A stretch of 42,595 nt of DNA from Oculatellaceae cyanobacterium bins.114 (GCA_033764315.1 JANRJA010000231.1:1-42595), one strand, 5' to 3'. Positions 19,040-28,666 are shown, numbered from the stretch's first letter. Notes: generated by a model not told the origin, from the letters alone. Made by a program: numbers and translations.

Positions 19040-20377
19040 ATGTCTAGTGTGAATGAAATTTCATCCAATGCAGCGGCGATCGCCCAACAGCTTGGCATTC
19101 AAAAATACGACATCTACGGCTCTTCAGTAGATGAAACCAGTGTCCAGGTTGACTTTGGAGAACCAAAGCAAGTCAAAGCGTCTAATCGCTCTAGCGTAAT
19201 TGTGCGCGTGTGGAATGAGAACAACACTTTGGGTGTCACCTCAACCACTGATGTTGATGCCAAAGGACTGGAACTAGCCCTTAAAACAGCGTATGAAGCC
19301 AGCCACTTTGGAGCAAAAGAGCATATTCCTGACTTTAGCCCTGAAGCCACTGTTCCCATCGAAGAAGTCGATCACTGTGCCCCTCAAGCCCCAGTCGATC
19401 GGTTGATTGAGACCTTGGTCAATGCTGAAAAGCAGTTGTTAGAAGCACATGTAGCGATCGCCGGAGTTCCCTATAATGGGTTGGCTCAACGCGATATCAA
19501 CAAGTTCTACGTCAACAGCGAAGGAGCCGTACGTCGCGAAGCAGGATCCTACGCCTCTATCTATCTCTTTAGCAAAACTGAACAGGAAGGCAAAAAACCG
19601 CGTAGCGGTGGAGCCTATCGGATGAACCACAGCCTCGATCAATTAGACATTGAGGGTTGCCTCAAAGAAGCAGCAGAAAAGACCATCAGCCACCTTAACT
19701 ACAACAAAGTCAAGTCCGGCAAATATCAAGTGGTCTTCTCTCCTGAAGCGTTTCTAAGCCTGTTGGGGGCTTTTTCTAACCTGTTTAATGCTCAAAGCAT
19801 TTTAGATAAGCAGAGCCTCTCAACTCCAGACTCTATAGGCACTCAAATTGCTTCGTCTCTGTTGTCGGTGTGTGATAATCCCTTGCATCCCGGCAACATT
19901 GCTCAGGAACGATTTGATGGCGAAGGAACTCCAACTCGTCAAGTTCCCTTGATTACACAAGGAGTCTTAACTAGTTTTTTGCACAGTGCTGGAACCGCAA
20001 AGCGATTCAACACAAAACCGACTGGAAATGCCAATATTGGAGCAAAAGTGACGGTTAGCCCTCACTTTTATCACGTCTCCGCAGGTGAACCTGGAGCACA
20101 AAAATTGAGTCTAGAGACGGCTGAAAACGTTATCTGGATTGACGATCTGCATGCTCTTCATGCGGGTGTCAATGCTCTTCAAGGGTCATTTTCACTCCCC
20201 TTTGATGGTTGGCTGGTCAATCAAGGCGATCGCCTCAGCATTGACTCTGCAACCATTGCCGGAGATTTCTTAAGTCTGCTGAAGTCCATTATTTATGTGG
20301 AACCTGAGGAAATAGTGACTCCCGGTGGGATTTCTCCTAGAGTTTGGATTGAGGATATGTCAGTCACAGGCGAATAA
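19040..20377 (+). CDS. pmbA: TldE/PmbA
   Basis: FDGEG, HAGVNALQGSFSLP, no HExxxH; starts 3 nt after tldD. Confidence 0.92.
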   Translation: MSSVNEISSNAAAIAQQLGIQKYDIYGSSVDETSVQVDFGEPKQVKASNRSSVIVRVWNENNTLGVTSTTDVDAKGLELALKTAYEASHFGAKEHIPDFSPEATVPIEEVDHCAPQAPVDRLIETLVNAEKQLLEAHVAIAGVPYNGLAQRDINKFYVNSEGAVRREAGSYASIYLFSKTEQEGKKPRSGGAYRMNHSLDQLDIEGCLKEAAEKTISHLNYNKVKSGKYQVVFSPEAFLSLLGAFSNLFNAQSILDKQSLSTPDSIGTQIASSLLSVCDNPLHPGNIAQERFDGEGTPTRQVPLITQGVLTSFLHSAGTAKRFNTKPTGNANIGAKVTVSPHFYHVSAGEPGAQKLSLETAENVIWIDDLHALHAGVNALQGSFSLPFDGWLVNQGDRLSIDSATIAGDFLSLLKSIIYVEPEEIVTPGGISPRVWIEDMSVTGE

Positions 20378-20439
20378 ATTATCCAAAATCCTTGAATTTG
20401 CAAGATCCCCAGTTGTGATAAAAATTGGGGATTTTTTGT

Positions 20440-21045
20440 CTATTTCATTTTTTGCTTTAAGACTAATAAAATTTGGGAGACTTGTTTCTTTAAACCAGTT
20501 AGCTCAGCTTTGAGCTTGGCATTCTCAGCTTTTAATTCAAAGAACTCTGCCCTCAACGCTGCAATGCCATCGCGATCGCCTGAGTCACGACTTGTCTCCT
20601 CTAGAGTTGCATGAGTTGGTTGTTCTACTGAGGTGGCAGGTCTAACATGCTGCAATACCTGATATCGTTGCCGTGCCTTGGTGGTTGCAGACTTAATTGC
20701 CTTTAACAAAAGCGTTTGTTCAAATGGCTTGCTGACAAATTCAAAGTAATCAAACAATTCTGGTACTGCTTTTTCCACATCTTCTCGACGACCCGACATC
20801 ATCACAATTGGGATCGTTTGCAACTTTGGAAAAGCTTGCACTTGTTGCACAACTTCCCACCCATTCATACGAGGCATAAAAAAATCAAGAAGCACGAGAT
20901 TAGGACGTTCCTGTTGAATTTTCTCTAATCCCTCTGCTCCATCTTTTGCTTCTAAAATCTCAAAATTGCCTTTAGGCAACATATCTTTGATTTGCATCCG
21001 AATAGTTTTACTATCATCAACAATTAAAATCTTTTGGCTTTCCAT
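20440..21045 (-). CDS. CheY-like response regulator with C-terminal coiled coil
   Basis: ILIVDDS, LLDFFMPRMNG, SKPF; heptad tail LRAEFFELKAENAKLKAELTGLKKQV. Confidence 0.9.
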   Translation of the reverse strand: MESQKILIVDDSKTIRMQIKDMLPKGNFEILEAKDGAEGLEKIQQERPNLVLLDFFMPRMNGWEVVQQVQAFPKLQTIPIVMMSGRREDVEKAVPELFDYFEFVSKPFEQTLLLKAIKSATTKARQRYQVLQHVRPATSVEQPTHATLEETSRDSGDRDGIAALRAEFFELKAENAKLKAELTGLKKQVSQILLVLKQKMK

Positions 21046-21296
21046 GATGTTCTTAAACCTAAAAGCTAATGTTTTTAGTATTTGAAAGTGCCGCTTGAGC
21101 AGTCAGAAGCAAGCGTTAAAAATTATGTCTATCAACACAGAAATTTAATACAACGAGTCATTCCTTAATCATCCAAACCTATGCATTAATAACACCTATC
21201 CCTTTTCTTATTTCTCAATGTAGAGACCCATTTCAGGGTTATTGGATAAAAGATTTATAAGAACCCCAAGAGTTCTATAACTCCCTATTAACAATG

Positions 21297-21331
21297 AAAA
21301 GCTCGGTAGAAGAGTACGTCCCACCGAGCTT
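21297..21331 (-). terminator. Rho-independent terminator-like hairpin on the minus strand
   Basis: AAGCTCGGT ... ACCGAGCTT arms; minus strand reads ...CCGAGCTTTTC. Confidence 0.6.
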
Positions 21332-21785
21332 GTCTGTATAGCGATTGCTTTAGTATTCAGTGGCGATCGCTCAAATCCGGAAACCAATAGCCCAGGAGGT
21401 TAAGGCAGTATAACTAAGCATTTATACTTCTTCTGTCCATCGTAACGCTTCATTAAGTTACGTTTAATGTCGCCCTCTTTGAGCACTCACTCTCCTTTGT
21501 TAGTCTACGAATAGTGAAAGAACATCAATGTTCTTAGAGGAATTTCAACCCCTCAGCTTTAGAGTCAGTATTGTTAACAACAATGCTCTTAACGAGAGGA
21601 TTTGTTAACTAACTCAGTTGTTTTAATTCAACTATTCAAACGATTCAAACGATTCATTAAATTCACTTGTATGAATCATGAATCAATGAACGAATAGAAT
21701 CCTAGTCTTTAGTTTTCCCCAAAAAAGACCACCTTAGGCAAGCATTGGTCAATCTTTAATAACAATCTCTAGTCGATCGAAGATT

Positions 21786-22100
21786 ATGAACAAGTATTGC
21801 AAAGTATGGATTCAAGAGTGGTGCCAGGAAAACGGCTGGACCGACTTGTTTTTAGAGCGTTGTGATTATTGGGCATTTCCACCCCATGCTGTCATGCCAA
21901 TGCCCATCCCAACTGATGCGTTGCAACTGATCAAAGCAGAAAAAGGCATGAGCCCAGAAGAACGCCTTTGGTGTGCCTCAGCTTGGTTTGCTACTATTAC
22001 AGGCGCATTGCTAACTTACTGGCTGCAATCACCTATGCCTTTGGTCGCTGCGTTTGCCTTTAGTGCCGTAGCCGTGGCTAAGTTTGAAGACGACGATTAA
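21786..22100 (+). CDS. Conserved cyanobacterial hypothetical membrane protein
   Basis: WIQEWCQENGWTDLF..YWAFPPHAVMPMPIP plus two C-terminal hydrophobic segments. Confidence 0.8.
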   Translation: MNKYCKVWIQEWCQENGWTDLFLERCDYWAFPPHAVMPMPIPTDALQLIKAEKGMSPEERLWCASAWFATITGALLTYWLQSPMPLVAAFAFSAVAVAKFEDDD

Positions 22101-22113
22101 ACCAATCTTGGTG

Positions 22114-22716
22114 TTAGACAGGCATGAGGGGCACTCCACTGAGTTGCTGGATTACCCAATCAGCAGCCATTGCCAACCCTAGCCCAAACCCTGGCAGCAA
22201 AAACAAAACCATCATGGCAAAAAAGCCGAATGGGCTGTTTTGTAGTGGTTTGAGTCCTGGAATGATTTCACTCAAGACATGGAAGCCATCTAACGGTGGA
22301 ATCGGCAGCCAATTGAATAGGAATAAGATCAAATTAATGCGAGCTGCTAAATAAAAGAATTCCAGACTAAAGAACTGTTGAGACGAGTCCGCTAACACTC
22401 GAATTAGGGCGATAAACAGCAATCCTAAACTCAGGTTTAATAGAGGACTAGCCGCCGAAACCAGAATATTACTCACCTTGGGGATGCGGAAGTTAGAGGG
22501 GTTGACAGGCATTTGCCCCCAGGCAATACCCGCAACACACAAAAAGATGATGGATTCCCATCCCATGTGAACGACTGGGTTAAGGGTTAAATGACCGCTT
22601 TTTTCAGGTGTGTCATCTCCCTGGCTCACTGCAACAAATCCGTGAGCGAGTTCGTGGAAGGTAACCGACAGAATAACAACGATGACAGCTATCGTTTGAC
22701 CCCTAGATATCCCCAC
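22114..22716 (-). CDS. Site-2 protease (M50 family); start uncertain, possibly N-terminally clipped
   Basis: HELAHG, GDDTP..GHLTLNP, NWLPIPPLDG; GTG start lies inside the upstream kinase gene. Confidence 0.85.
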   Translation of the reverse strand: MGISRGQTIAVIVVILSVTFHELAHGFVAVSQGDDTPEKSGHLTLNPVVHMGWESIIFLCVAGIAWGQMPVNPSNFRIPKVSNILVSAASPLLNLSLGLLFIALIRVLADSSQQFFSLEFFYLAARINLILFLFNWLPIPPLDGFHVLSEIIPGLKPLQNSPFGFFAMMVLFLLPGFGLGLAMAADWVIQQLSGVPLMPV

Positions 22717-24518
22717 TGGTTGCCCAGCTTAATGGCGGCGCGATCGCCATGAAAAGCGCGGACATCCTCAAATTGAGGCTCAATCACAAACTCGCCAGTT
22801 CTGTTGATGTACCCCCACTGACCTGCCACCCTGACCGCAGCCAGCCCACCAGCAAAGGGATACGCATCTTCAAATTGCAGTGAAATAACGATATTGCCCG
22901 ATGGATTGATATATCCATATTGCTCATCGTTACGAACGAGAGCTAACCCCTCTGTAAAGCTAAACGTGTCGTCGAATTGAGGCTCAATGACAATTTTGCC
23001 GTCTTTGTCAATGTAGCCATAGCGACCATCAATTCTGACACGAGCTAACCCTTCATTAAAAGTGTGAGCAACATCAAACTCTGCCGGAATCACCAATTCT
23101 CCAGCCTTGTTGATAAACCCGTACTTATCATTTAGCGTTACGCGAGCCAACCCTTCACCAAAGGTATCAGCACTATCAAATTGAGGGGCAATGATAATTT
23201 TGCCAAGCTTGTTGATATAGCCATACTTGTGATCGATTTCGACCCCTGCCAGCTCTTCATAAAAGGCTTGGGCAGCACTCTCAAACTGAGGCTCGATTAC
23301 AGTCTCACCCGTTTGATTAATATAGCCGTAGTATTGCTTTAACTCGACTCGTGCCAACCCATTGACAAAGGCTTCGGCACCATCAAATCGTGGGTGAATC
23401 GCCAATTTGCCTCTTCTGTCGATATATCCCCATTTATAGGCGATCGGCAATTGAGCTAACCCCCCCGAAAACTGATATACCCCCTCTCTAAAGCCACTCA
23501 CTCGATCAAAATCAAGCTCTGGCTGAATCACAAACTCACCGTGGGAGTCGATGTAACCCAAATAGTCTTCGACCACAACCGGAGCCAAGCCTTCAGAAAA
23601 GTCTTTTGCCCAGGCAAATTTAGGGCTAATCACAATGTCATACCTGAGCGGCTCAGGTTCGTCGGACAACGCCTCAACATCAGCGGTGGCGATCGCTTTC
23701 ACAATTGCAGGAGCAGGAAGCGCATCTAGCACTTCAGTTGCTGATTGATATCGCTCTTGGTAATCAAAACACACCATCTTATCGAGAATAGCAACCAAAT
23801 CAGGATTAACTTGAGCCAGGTCATGCCACTGAACTTCTTGAGTTTCGGGGTGACGTGGCAGTTGATTGGGCATATAGCCTGTCATCGCCTGAATCGCCAT
23901 CATGCCCACTGCATAGATGTCACTACAGGGTTGAGAATGGCCGTCTGCCTGTTCTTTAGGCATGTAGCCCGATGTGCCAATGGGTTGAGTGACAATACTT
24001 TCCCCTTGCGAATTGACCGTCAGGCTCCGAATTGCTTTGATGCCGCTGAAATCGATCAGCACTAACTTTTTATCTAACCAACGACGAATTAAATTTTGTG
24101 GTTTGATATCTCGATGAATGATGCCGTGTTGATGAACAATCACCAAAATCTCTAACACTTCTCGCAACAGTGGGATCAAGGTTCTCTCATCCCAGCGATC
24201 GCCTAGAGTAAACGCCTGCCGCAGGTCGTGACCATCCACCAATTCTTGGACTAAAAAGAATTCGTTGCCTTGCTCAAGATGATCAAACAGCTTAGGAATT
24301 TGGTCATAACTTCCCAGTTGTTGCAATGCCTCTGCTTCAGCTTGAAACAGCTCTCTTGCTTTTTGCAAAACAGACGGTGTTTTTGACAACGGCTGAATTT
24401 TTTTGACAACACATTTAGGCCGTCCTCGACGGTAGGTGTCTTCTGCTAAGTAGGTTTTACCAAATCCACCGCCCCGCCCTAATTCCCGAATCGTTTCGTA
24501 CCGCCCACCTACTAACAT
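22689..24518 (-). CDS. Hanks-type Ser/Thr kinase with C-terminal WG (KWG) repeats
   Basis: GGGFGKTY, CVVK, HRDIKPQN, GTSGYM, SDIYAVG; repeated YGYINxxGxxVIxPQFxxAxxFxEGLA; GAGGA upstream of ATG 24518. Confidence 0.93.
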   Translation of the reverse strand: MLVGGRYETIRELGRGGGFGKTYLAEDTYRRGRPKCVVKKIQPLSKTPSVLQKARELFQAEAEALQQLGSYDQIPKLFDHLEQGNEFFLVQELVDGHDLRQAFTLGDRWDERTLIPLLREVLEILVIVHQHGIIHRDIKPQNLIRRWLDKKLVLIDFSGIKAIRSLTVNSQGESIVTQPIGTSGYMPKEQADGHSQPCSDIYAVGMMAIQAMTGYMPNQLPRHPETQEVQWHDLAQVNPDLVAILDKMVCFDYQERYQSATEVLDALPAPAIVKAIATADVEALSDEPEPLRYDIVISPKFAWAKDFSEGLAPVVVEDYLGYIDSHGEFVIQPELDFDRVSGFREGVYQFSGGLAQLPIAYKWGYIDRRGKLAIHPRFDGAEAFVNGLARVELKQYYGYINQTGETVIEPQFESAAQAFYEELAGVEIDHKYGYINKLGKIIIAPQFDSADTFGEGLARVTLNDKYGFINKAGELVIPAEFDVAHTFNEGLARVRIDGRYGYIDKDGKIVIEPQFDDTFSFTEGLALVRNDEQYGYINPSGNIVISLQFEDAYPFAGGLAAVRVAGQWGYINRTGEFVIEPQFEDVRAFHGDRAAIKLGNQWGYLGVKR

Positions 24519-24558
24519 CAACTTCCTCAATTCCAAGGGGACATGTAGTTAGCCATTT

Positions 24559-24658
24559 ATAGCAACTGAAGAGTCGGTTAGGACGGGGTGCAGGGATTCC
24601 ACCCCTGGCTAGGGGCACAGCCCCAAACCTCCTTATTAACTGTTTTGACAGTTGCTAT
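24559..24658. mobile_element. 100-bp MITE/REP-like element with 10-bp terminal inverted repeats
   Basis: ATAGCAACTG (24559-68) and CAGTTGCTAT (24649-58) enclose the hairpins CAGGGATTCCACCCCTG and GGGGCACAGCCCC. Confidence 0.6.
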
Positions 24659-25061
24659 CGTTGCCCAGATTAAACGGGCAGCAGTCATTGTTTTGATCAA
24701 GATGAATTGGTTTAGGCAGATAACCTTTTCTCTAATGAACGGCTCCACCTTCCACTGCCCCGTGGAGGTGCTCTCATTAGAACTTTCATCATCTAGTACA
24801 CCCATCCGGGCTTTATTTGAGGTCGTCAACATAGCCTGACACACCTCCCGGAAAATCACCTTATTCAAGGCGATCGCAGCCTAGTCCAGTATGCCCACTT
24901 TGACCCTTTGAAATCGCCAAGATTCTATAAGAGTCAGGTTAAGCGGGAAGAAGAATGAATGAAGACAGGCTTTGCCTTTGCTCTACCCCACCCACGACTA
25001 AAGTTGCAGACTAATGTGAAACTCTTCGCAAAACTCTTTTCAACCCGGGCGTAGATCTGAC

Positions 25062-26162
25062 TCAGTCACCCTCCACCATCATTTTGCGAATGATTTGAGC
25101 GGTTGCAGGTGCTAAAAGCACCCCATTGCGGTAATGCCCAGTTGCTAATAAGACTTTGTTGTAGCCTGTCAAAGGAGCAATGATGGGAGCAGGTCGATTG
25201 TGAGGACGCGGACGCAAACCAGACCAAGTTTGCAATTGCTCCGCTTGAACCAGAGCCGGACAGAGGGCGATCGCTTTTTGCCATACCCCTTCTAACTGAG
25301 CCTGATCAGCTACCCAATCTTCATGAGCAGGAAACTCAGTCGGAAACTCGACGGTTGCTCCGATCCAATAGTCTTGATGATCTAAGGGCACCAGATGCAC
25401 ATCTTCGCCAGTAATCACAGGTTGAAAGTGGCGATCGCCCAATGGCTGAGATACCCTGACTCGCATTGCTTGCCCCAATACAGGACGAATTTCAACAGGG
25501 GTTGTGGCTTGCTGAGTCAGAGGGGTTGTGCCCAACCCTGACGCAAGAACAATCCAATCGACTTCTAATACAGCGGATGCTGTTGTGAGTCGATTAGGTG
25601 CCCCATCTGACACAGACTCAATGCTTTGAACGGGAGTATTGAGTTGAAAATCAACTCCGTTTTGCTGCGCCGCCTGAACTAATGCCAGCGTCAACGCAGT
25701 GGGGTCAATTTGGCGATCGCTGGGGGAGTGAACCGCACCAATAATGCGGGGATTCATGATATGAGGGCAACGTAACTTAAGATCTGACTCATCCCAGAGG
25801 TCAAGCAACCAACCCTGGCTCAGACGAACCTGTGCCAGTCGTTCCCACGATTGCCAGTCATCTCCCTCAAAGCAAAGCATCACGATGCCTTGACGGTTAA
25901 AAGGAATGACCCGTCCCGTTTTAGCTTCTAGCTCTGGGATCAACGTCTCATATCGCTGCATGCTACGCTGCCGCAGATCCCAGGCAGTGCCTTTAACCTT
26001 GTGGCTGATGACCCCCATCAACACACCTAAAGCTGCCCCTGTGGATGCTTTAGCTGGGGGTTGGCGATCGAGCACCGTGATTTGCAGATCAGATATCTGA
26101 CTCAATTCATAGGCGATCGCGGCACCAACCACTCCACAACCAACAATTGCAACTCGGCTCAC
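25062..26162 (-). CDS. FAD-dependent oxidoreductase (DAO/ThiO glycine-oxidase-like)
   Basis: VAIVGCGVVG, STGAALG, WSGLRP, ATGHYRNGVLLAP; GTG 26162. Confidence 0.9.
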   Translation of the reverse strand: MSRVAIVGCGVVGAAIAYELSQISDLQITVLDRQPPAKASTGAALGVLMGVISHKVKGTAWDLRQRSMQRYETLIPELEAKTGRVIPFNRQGIVMLCFEGDDWQSWERLAQVRLSQGWLLDLWDESDLKLRCPHIMNPRIIGAVHSPSDRQIDPTALTLALVQAAQQNGVDFQLNTPVQSIESVSDGAPNRLTTASAVLEVDWIVLASGLGTTPLTQQATTPVEIRPVLGQAMRVRVSQPLGDRHFQPVITGEDVHLVPLDHQDYWIGATVEFPTEFPAHEDWVADQAQLEGVWQKAIALCPALVQAEQLQTWSGLRPRPHNRPAPIIAPLTGYNKVLLATGHYRNGVLLAPATAQIIRKMMVEGD

Positions 26163-26188
26163 CCAACACTCCAATCCAACTTTTTTAA

Positions 26189-26641
26189 TCAGGCGTTTGG
26201 TTTGGGCACCAGTGACAAGAAGACATCAAAGTCTTTGAGAGCTTCGTTGTAATTTTTAAACGCTTTGCGGCTGTCTCGGGTCAGCGTTGCTTCATCAATC
26301 AAAATGAGATGTTCAAAGACTTCTTGAGCCGCTGCGATCGCCTGCTTTTGTGACTTAGGCTCTAGGCTACGGGCTAGCTTGCTCATTTTGAATCGAAATT
26401 CTCCCAGGGGGCCATGAATGAAGCTTTGCACGTCAACCCATTGTTGTTTTTGCACCAAAGGAGGAATTTCTAACAAGCGATCGCGCAGTTCTTCAACATC
26501 TGCCAAATAATCTTGAATTTGCTCAAGTTGCTGAGGGGTATAGGTCGGTGCTTTTATAACAGCGGCGGGACTACTGCAACTCACCAAGAAAACGGCGATC
26601 GCAGCCAAGATGACACTTAAAACAGACCGATATTTCATCAT
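26189..26641 (-). CDS. psbQ: Photosystem II extrinsic lipoprotein PsbQ (CyanoQ)
   Basis: Lipobox LVSC, PTYTPQQLEQIQ, WVDVQSFIHGPLGE, DFDVFLSLVP. Confidence 0.92.
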   Translation of the reverse strand: MMKYRSVLSVILAAIAVFLVSCSSPAAVIKAPTYTPQQLEQIQDYLADVEELRDRLLEIPPLVQKQQWVDVQSFIHGPLGEFRFKMSKLARSLEPKSQKQAIAAAQEVFEHLILIDEATLTRDSRKAFKNYNEALKDFDVFLSLVPKPNA

Positions 26642-26813
26642 GAAGTCTATCTCGTTAATGCTGAGTCTCAATAGTGTCTGGTCACTAACCGGAAATTTAG
26701 TGCTTCGTAAAGAAATATATCCTATATCGACCCAGATCGCTTGTTGCTTTTGAGAGAAATGTCTTGAGACTTTCGTGTTTTACCCTTCTATTTAGGTTGC
26801 ATTGTCCACCCTT

Positions 26814-27500
26814 TCACTCTCTTACCCTTCTTTGATTTCTACGGCGATACCAGGTGGTAAACCCGACCAAAATGCCTAACAGCCCAGAAGCAAGCATCAA
26901 GGGCACAACATCGCCTCGTGTCATGGCTCGTAAACCGGCTCCTAGCATGACAAATGGCAAGATTCCGGGCACTGTACCCAACAGCGTGCCAACCAAATAA
27001 TCCTTAAAGCGGATTGAGGTCAACCCAGCTGTAAAATTAACCAACCCATAGGGCAAGAGGGGTAACAAACGAATCGCAAACATATAAAATACGCCGCCCT
27101 GACGGATTTCAGTATCCAAACTTTGCCAGCGTCCGGTAAAGCGGTTAGCGATCGCTTCTCGTCCTAAGGTGCGGGTAAAGGCAAAGGCAGCGATCGCGGC
27201 GATGATTGCGGCAACACTAGTCCACAGCGTGCCCCACCACACCCCAAATAAGGCACCTCCACTGAGGTTGAGCGGCGTTGAGGGCAACATTAACAGTGTT
27301 CCTAAGACATAGAGCAAAACGTAGGCGATCGGTGCCCATGCGCCCGCTTGTTTCAGCCGATGTTGCAAAATAGCCGGATCAAGATTGTTTAACAGGTAAA
27401 TGGCGATCGCGGTTGCGACTAAACAACCAACCAACAGCAACCCAATGCTGCTTTGCAGGCGTATCGATCCCCTCCGTTTGCTGCGTCCCTCTCTAGCCAT
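26814..27500 (-). CDS. TVP38/TMEM64 (DedA superfamily) membrane protein
   Basis: LPSTPLNLSGGALFG, RLLPLLPYGLVNFTAGLT, GTLLGTVPG. Confidence 0.92.
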   Translation of the reverse strand: MAREGRSKRRGSIRLQSSIGLLLVGCLVATAIAIYLLNNLDPAILQHRLKQAGAWAPIAYVLLYVLGTLLMLPSTPLNLSGGALFGVWWGTLWTSVAAIIAAIAAFAFTRTLGREAIANRFTGRWQSLDTEIRQGGVFYMFAIRLLPLLPYGLVNFTAGLTSIRFKDYLVGTLLGTVPGILPFVMLGAGLRAMTRGDVVPLMLASGLLGILVGFTTWYRRRNQRRVRE

Positions 27501-27570
27501 AGACGACCTTCTACTTGAGACAACTCTCTAAATAAGAAATTGTGTAAATTATTGCAATGAGATCGATTTT

Positions 27571-27602
27571 GTAGCTTTTGTTACAGAAATCTTTGCTATA
27601 TT
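27571..27602 (+). promoter_or_regulatory. NtcA box in repressive position plus extended -10 of gifA
   Basis: GTA-GCTTTTGT-TAC (27571-27584) lies only 12 nt upstream of TATATT (27597-27602, preceded by TGC). Confidence 0.85.
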
Positions 27603-27654
27603 GATTAGAGAACGAGCTTTTATACAGTTTTAGAACCTACGGAGAACCCTGACT

Positions 27655-27858
27655 ATGTCTACTCAAGATCAAGCCCGTGCTTTAATGATGCGTCATCACC
27701 ACATGATTAAAAATCGTCAGCAATCGATGTTAAGCCGCGCAGCCGCTGAAGTCGGCATGGATGCAACTGAGGCATCTCACTTCTGGAATCACATTCAAGG
27801 TAAGCCGCACCCAACCTTCTCTAAGGACTACGATCGCAGCCACGCTTCTTTGAGCTAG
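27655..27858 (+). CDS. gifA: Glutamine synthetase inactivating factor IF7
   Basis: MSTQDQARALMMRHH..KNRQQSMLSRAAAEVG..WNHIQGK..YDRSHASLS, 67 aa. Confidence 0.92.
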   Translation: MSTQDQARALMMRHHHMIKNRQQSMLSRAAAEVGMDATEASHFWNHIQGKPHPTFSKDYDRSHASLS

Positions 27859-27950
27859 TTTGTTGCGTTTAACGAACTGCACATCGTGGTTCGATCTAGA
27901 TTCGATACAGATTGGGTTCCCTTGATAACAGTTGAATCATTTTAGATATG

Positions 27951-27979
27951 GGGCGTTTTCCGAAGGGAGAACGCCCTTT
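27951..27979 (+). terminator. Terminator hairpin after gifA
   Basis: GGGCGTTTTCC-GAAG-GGAGAACGCCC-TTT. Confidence 0.7.
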
Positions 27980-28201
27980 AGGTATAGGAGGAAAAAAGGG
28001 ATCAGGAAACCGCTAACGGGGCAACCTTTCATATTCCTGTTATCTTATTCTTCCACCCCAATTTCTGACTCAGCACTATAGACTCTATTCATCTCAAGAC
28101 TCTTATTAATCTCAAGTAAGTGACTTGCGGTAAATTACAAAGCAGTGCTTTACACCAAGATTGACGTACACTAGGCTTCACGTTTGTGAGAAGGAGCAAT
28201 C

Positions 28202-28621
28202 ATGACCCGCGCCATTATGGAAACTGAGAAGGGCACTATTCATCTAGAGCTATTTGATGCAGATGCTCCTAATACCGTCAAAAACTTTGTCAGCCTAGCT
28301 GAGAAAGGATTTTATGATGGGCTGGCATTTCATCGGGTGATTCCCAATTTTATGGTTCAGGGAGGATGCCCCTATGGCAGTGGCACTGGAGGTCCAGGGT
28401 ACAAAATTAAGTGCGAAATTAATCAGAATAAACACCTTGCAGGAACCCTCTCAATGGCTCACGCTGGCAAAGATACAGGCGGTAGCCAATTCTTTATCTG
28501 CCATTCGCCCCAACCTCATTTAGATGGTGTCCACACGACCTTTGGACAAACTCAAGACATGGATGTCGTGAACGCTATTCGGAAAGGAGATAAAATTCTC
28601 TCTGTGAAGATTGAGGCTTAA
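28202..28621 (+). CDS. Cyclophilin-type peptidyl-prolyl isomerase
   Basis: [55 protein letters not shown]. Confidence 0.96.
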   Translation: MTRAIMETEKGTIHLELFDADAPNTVKNFVSLAEKGFYDGLAFHRVIPNFMVQGGCPYGSGTGGPGYKIKCEINQNKHLAGTLSMAHAGKDTGGSQFFICHSPQPHLDGVHTTFGQTQDMDVVNAIRKGDKILSVKIEA

Positions 28622-28666
28622 GGTTAGCGATCGCAAAGTAGCTTTACGGGGAGTTGGGAGCAGGCC

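Noticed and set aside
17567..20377. RiPP cluster around tldD/tldE
   Set aside because: No YcaO enzyme, precursor peptide or exporter nearby; tldDE is commonly stand-alone in cyanobacteria.
20771..20779. Single TTTTCCACA inside the response regulator gene
   Set aside because: An isolated coding-region copy is compatible with chance.
24991..25010. IS200/IS605-type end hairpin (CCCACGACTAAAGTTGCAG)
   Set aside because: Only half the palindrome is intact and no tnpA/tnpB remnant is nearby.
27603..27654. Glutamine riboswitch or NsiR4-type RNA near gifA
   Set aside because: The leader is short and shows no recognisable aptamer or sRNA sequence.
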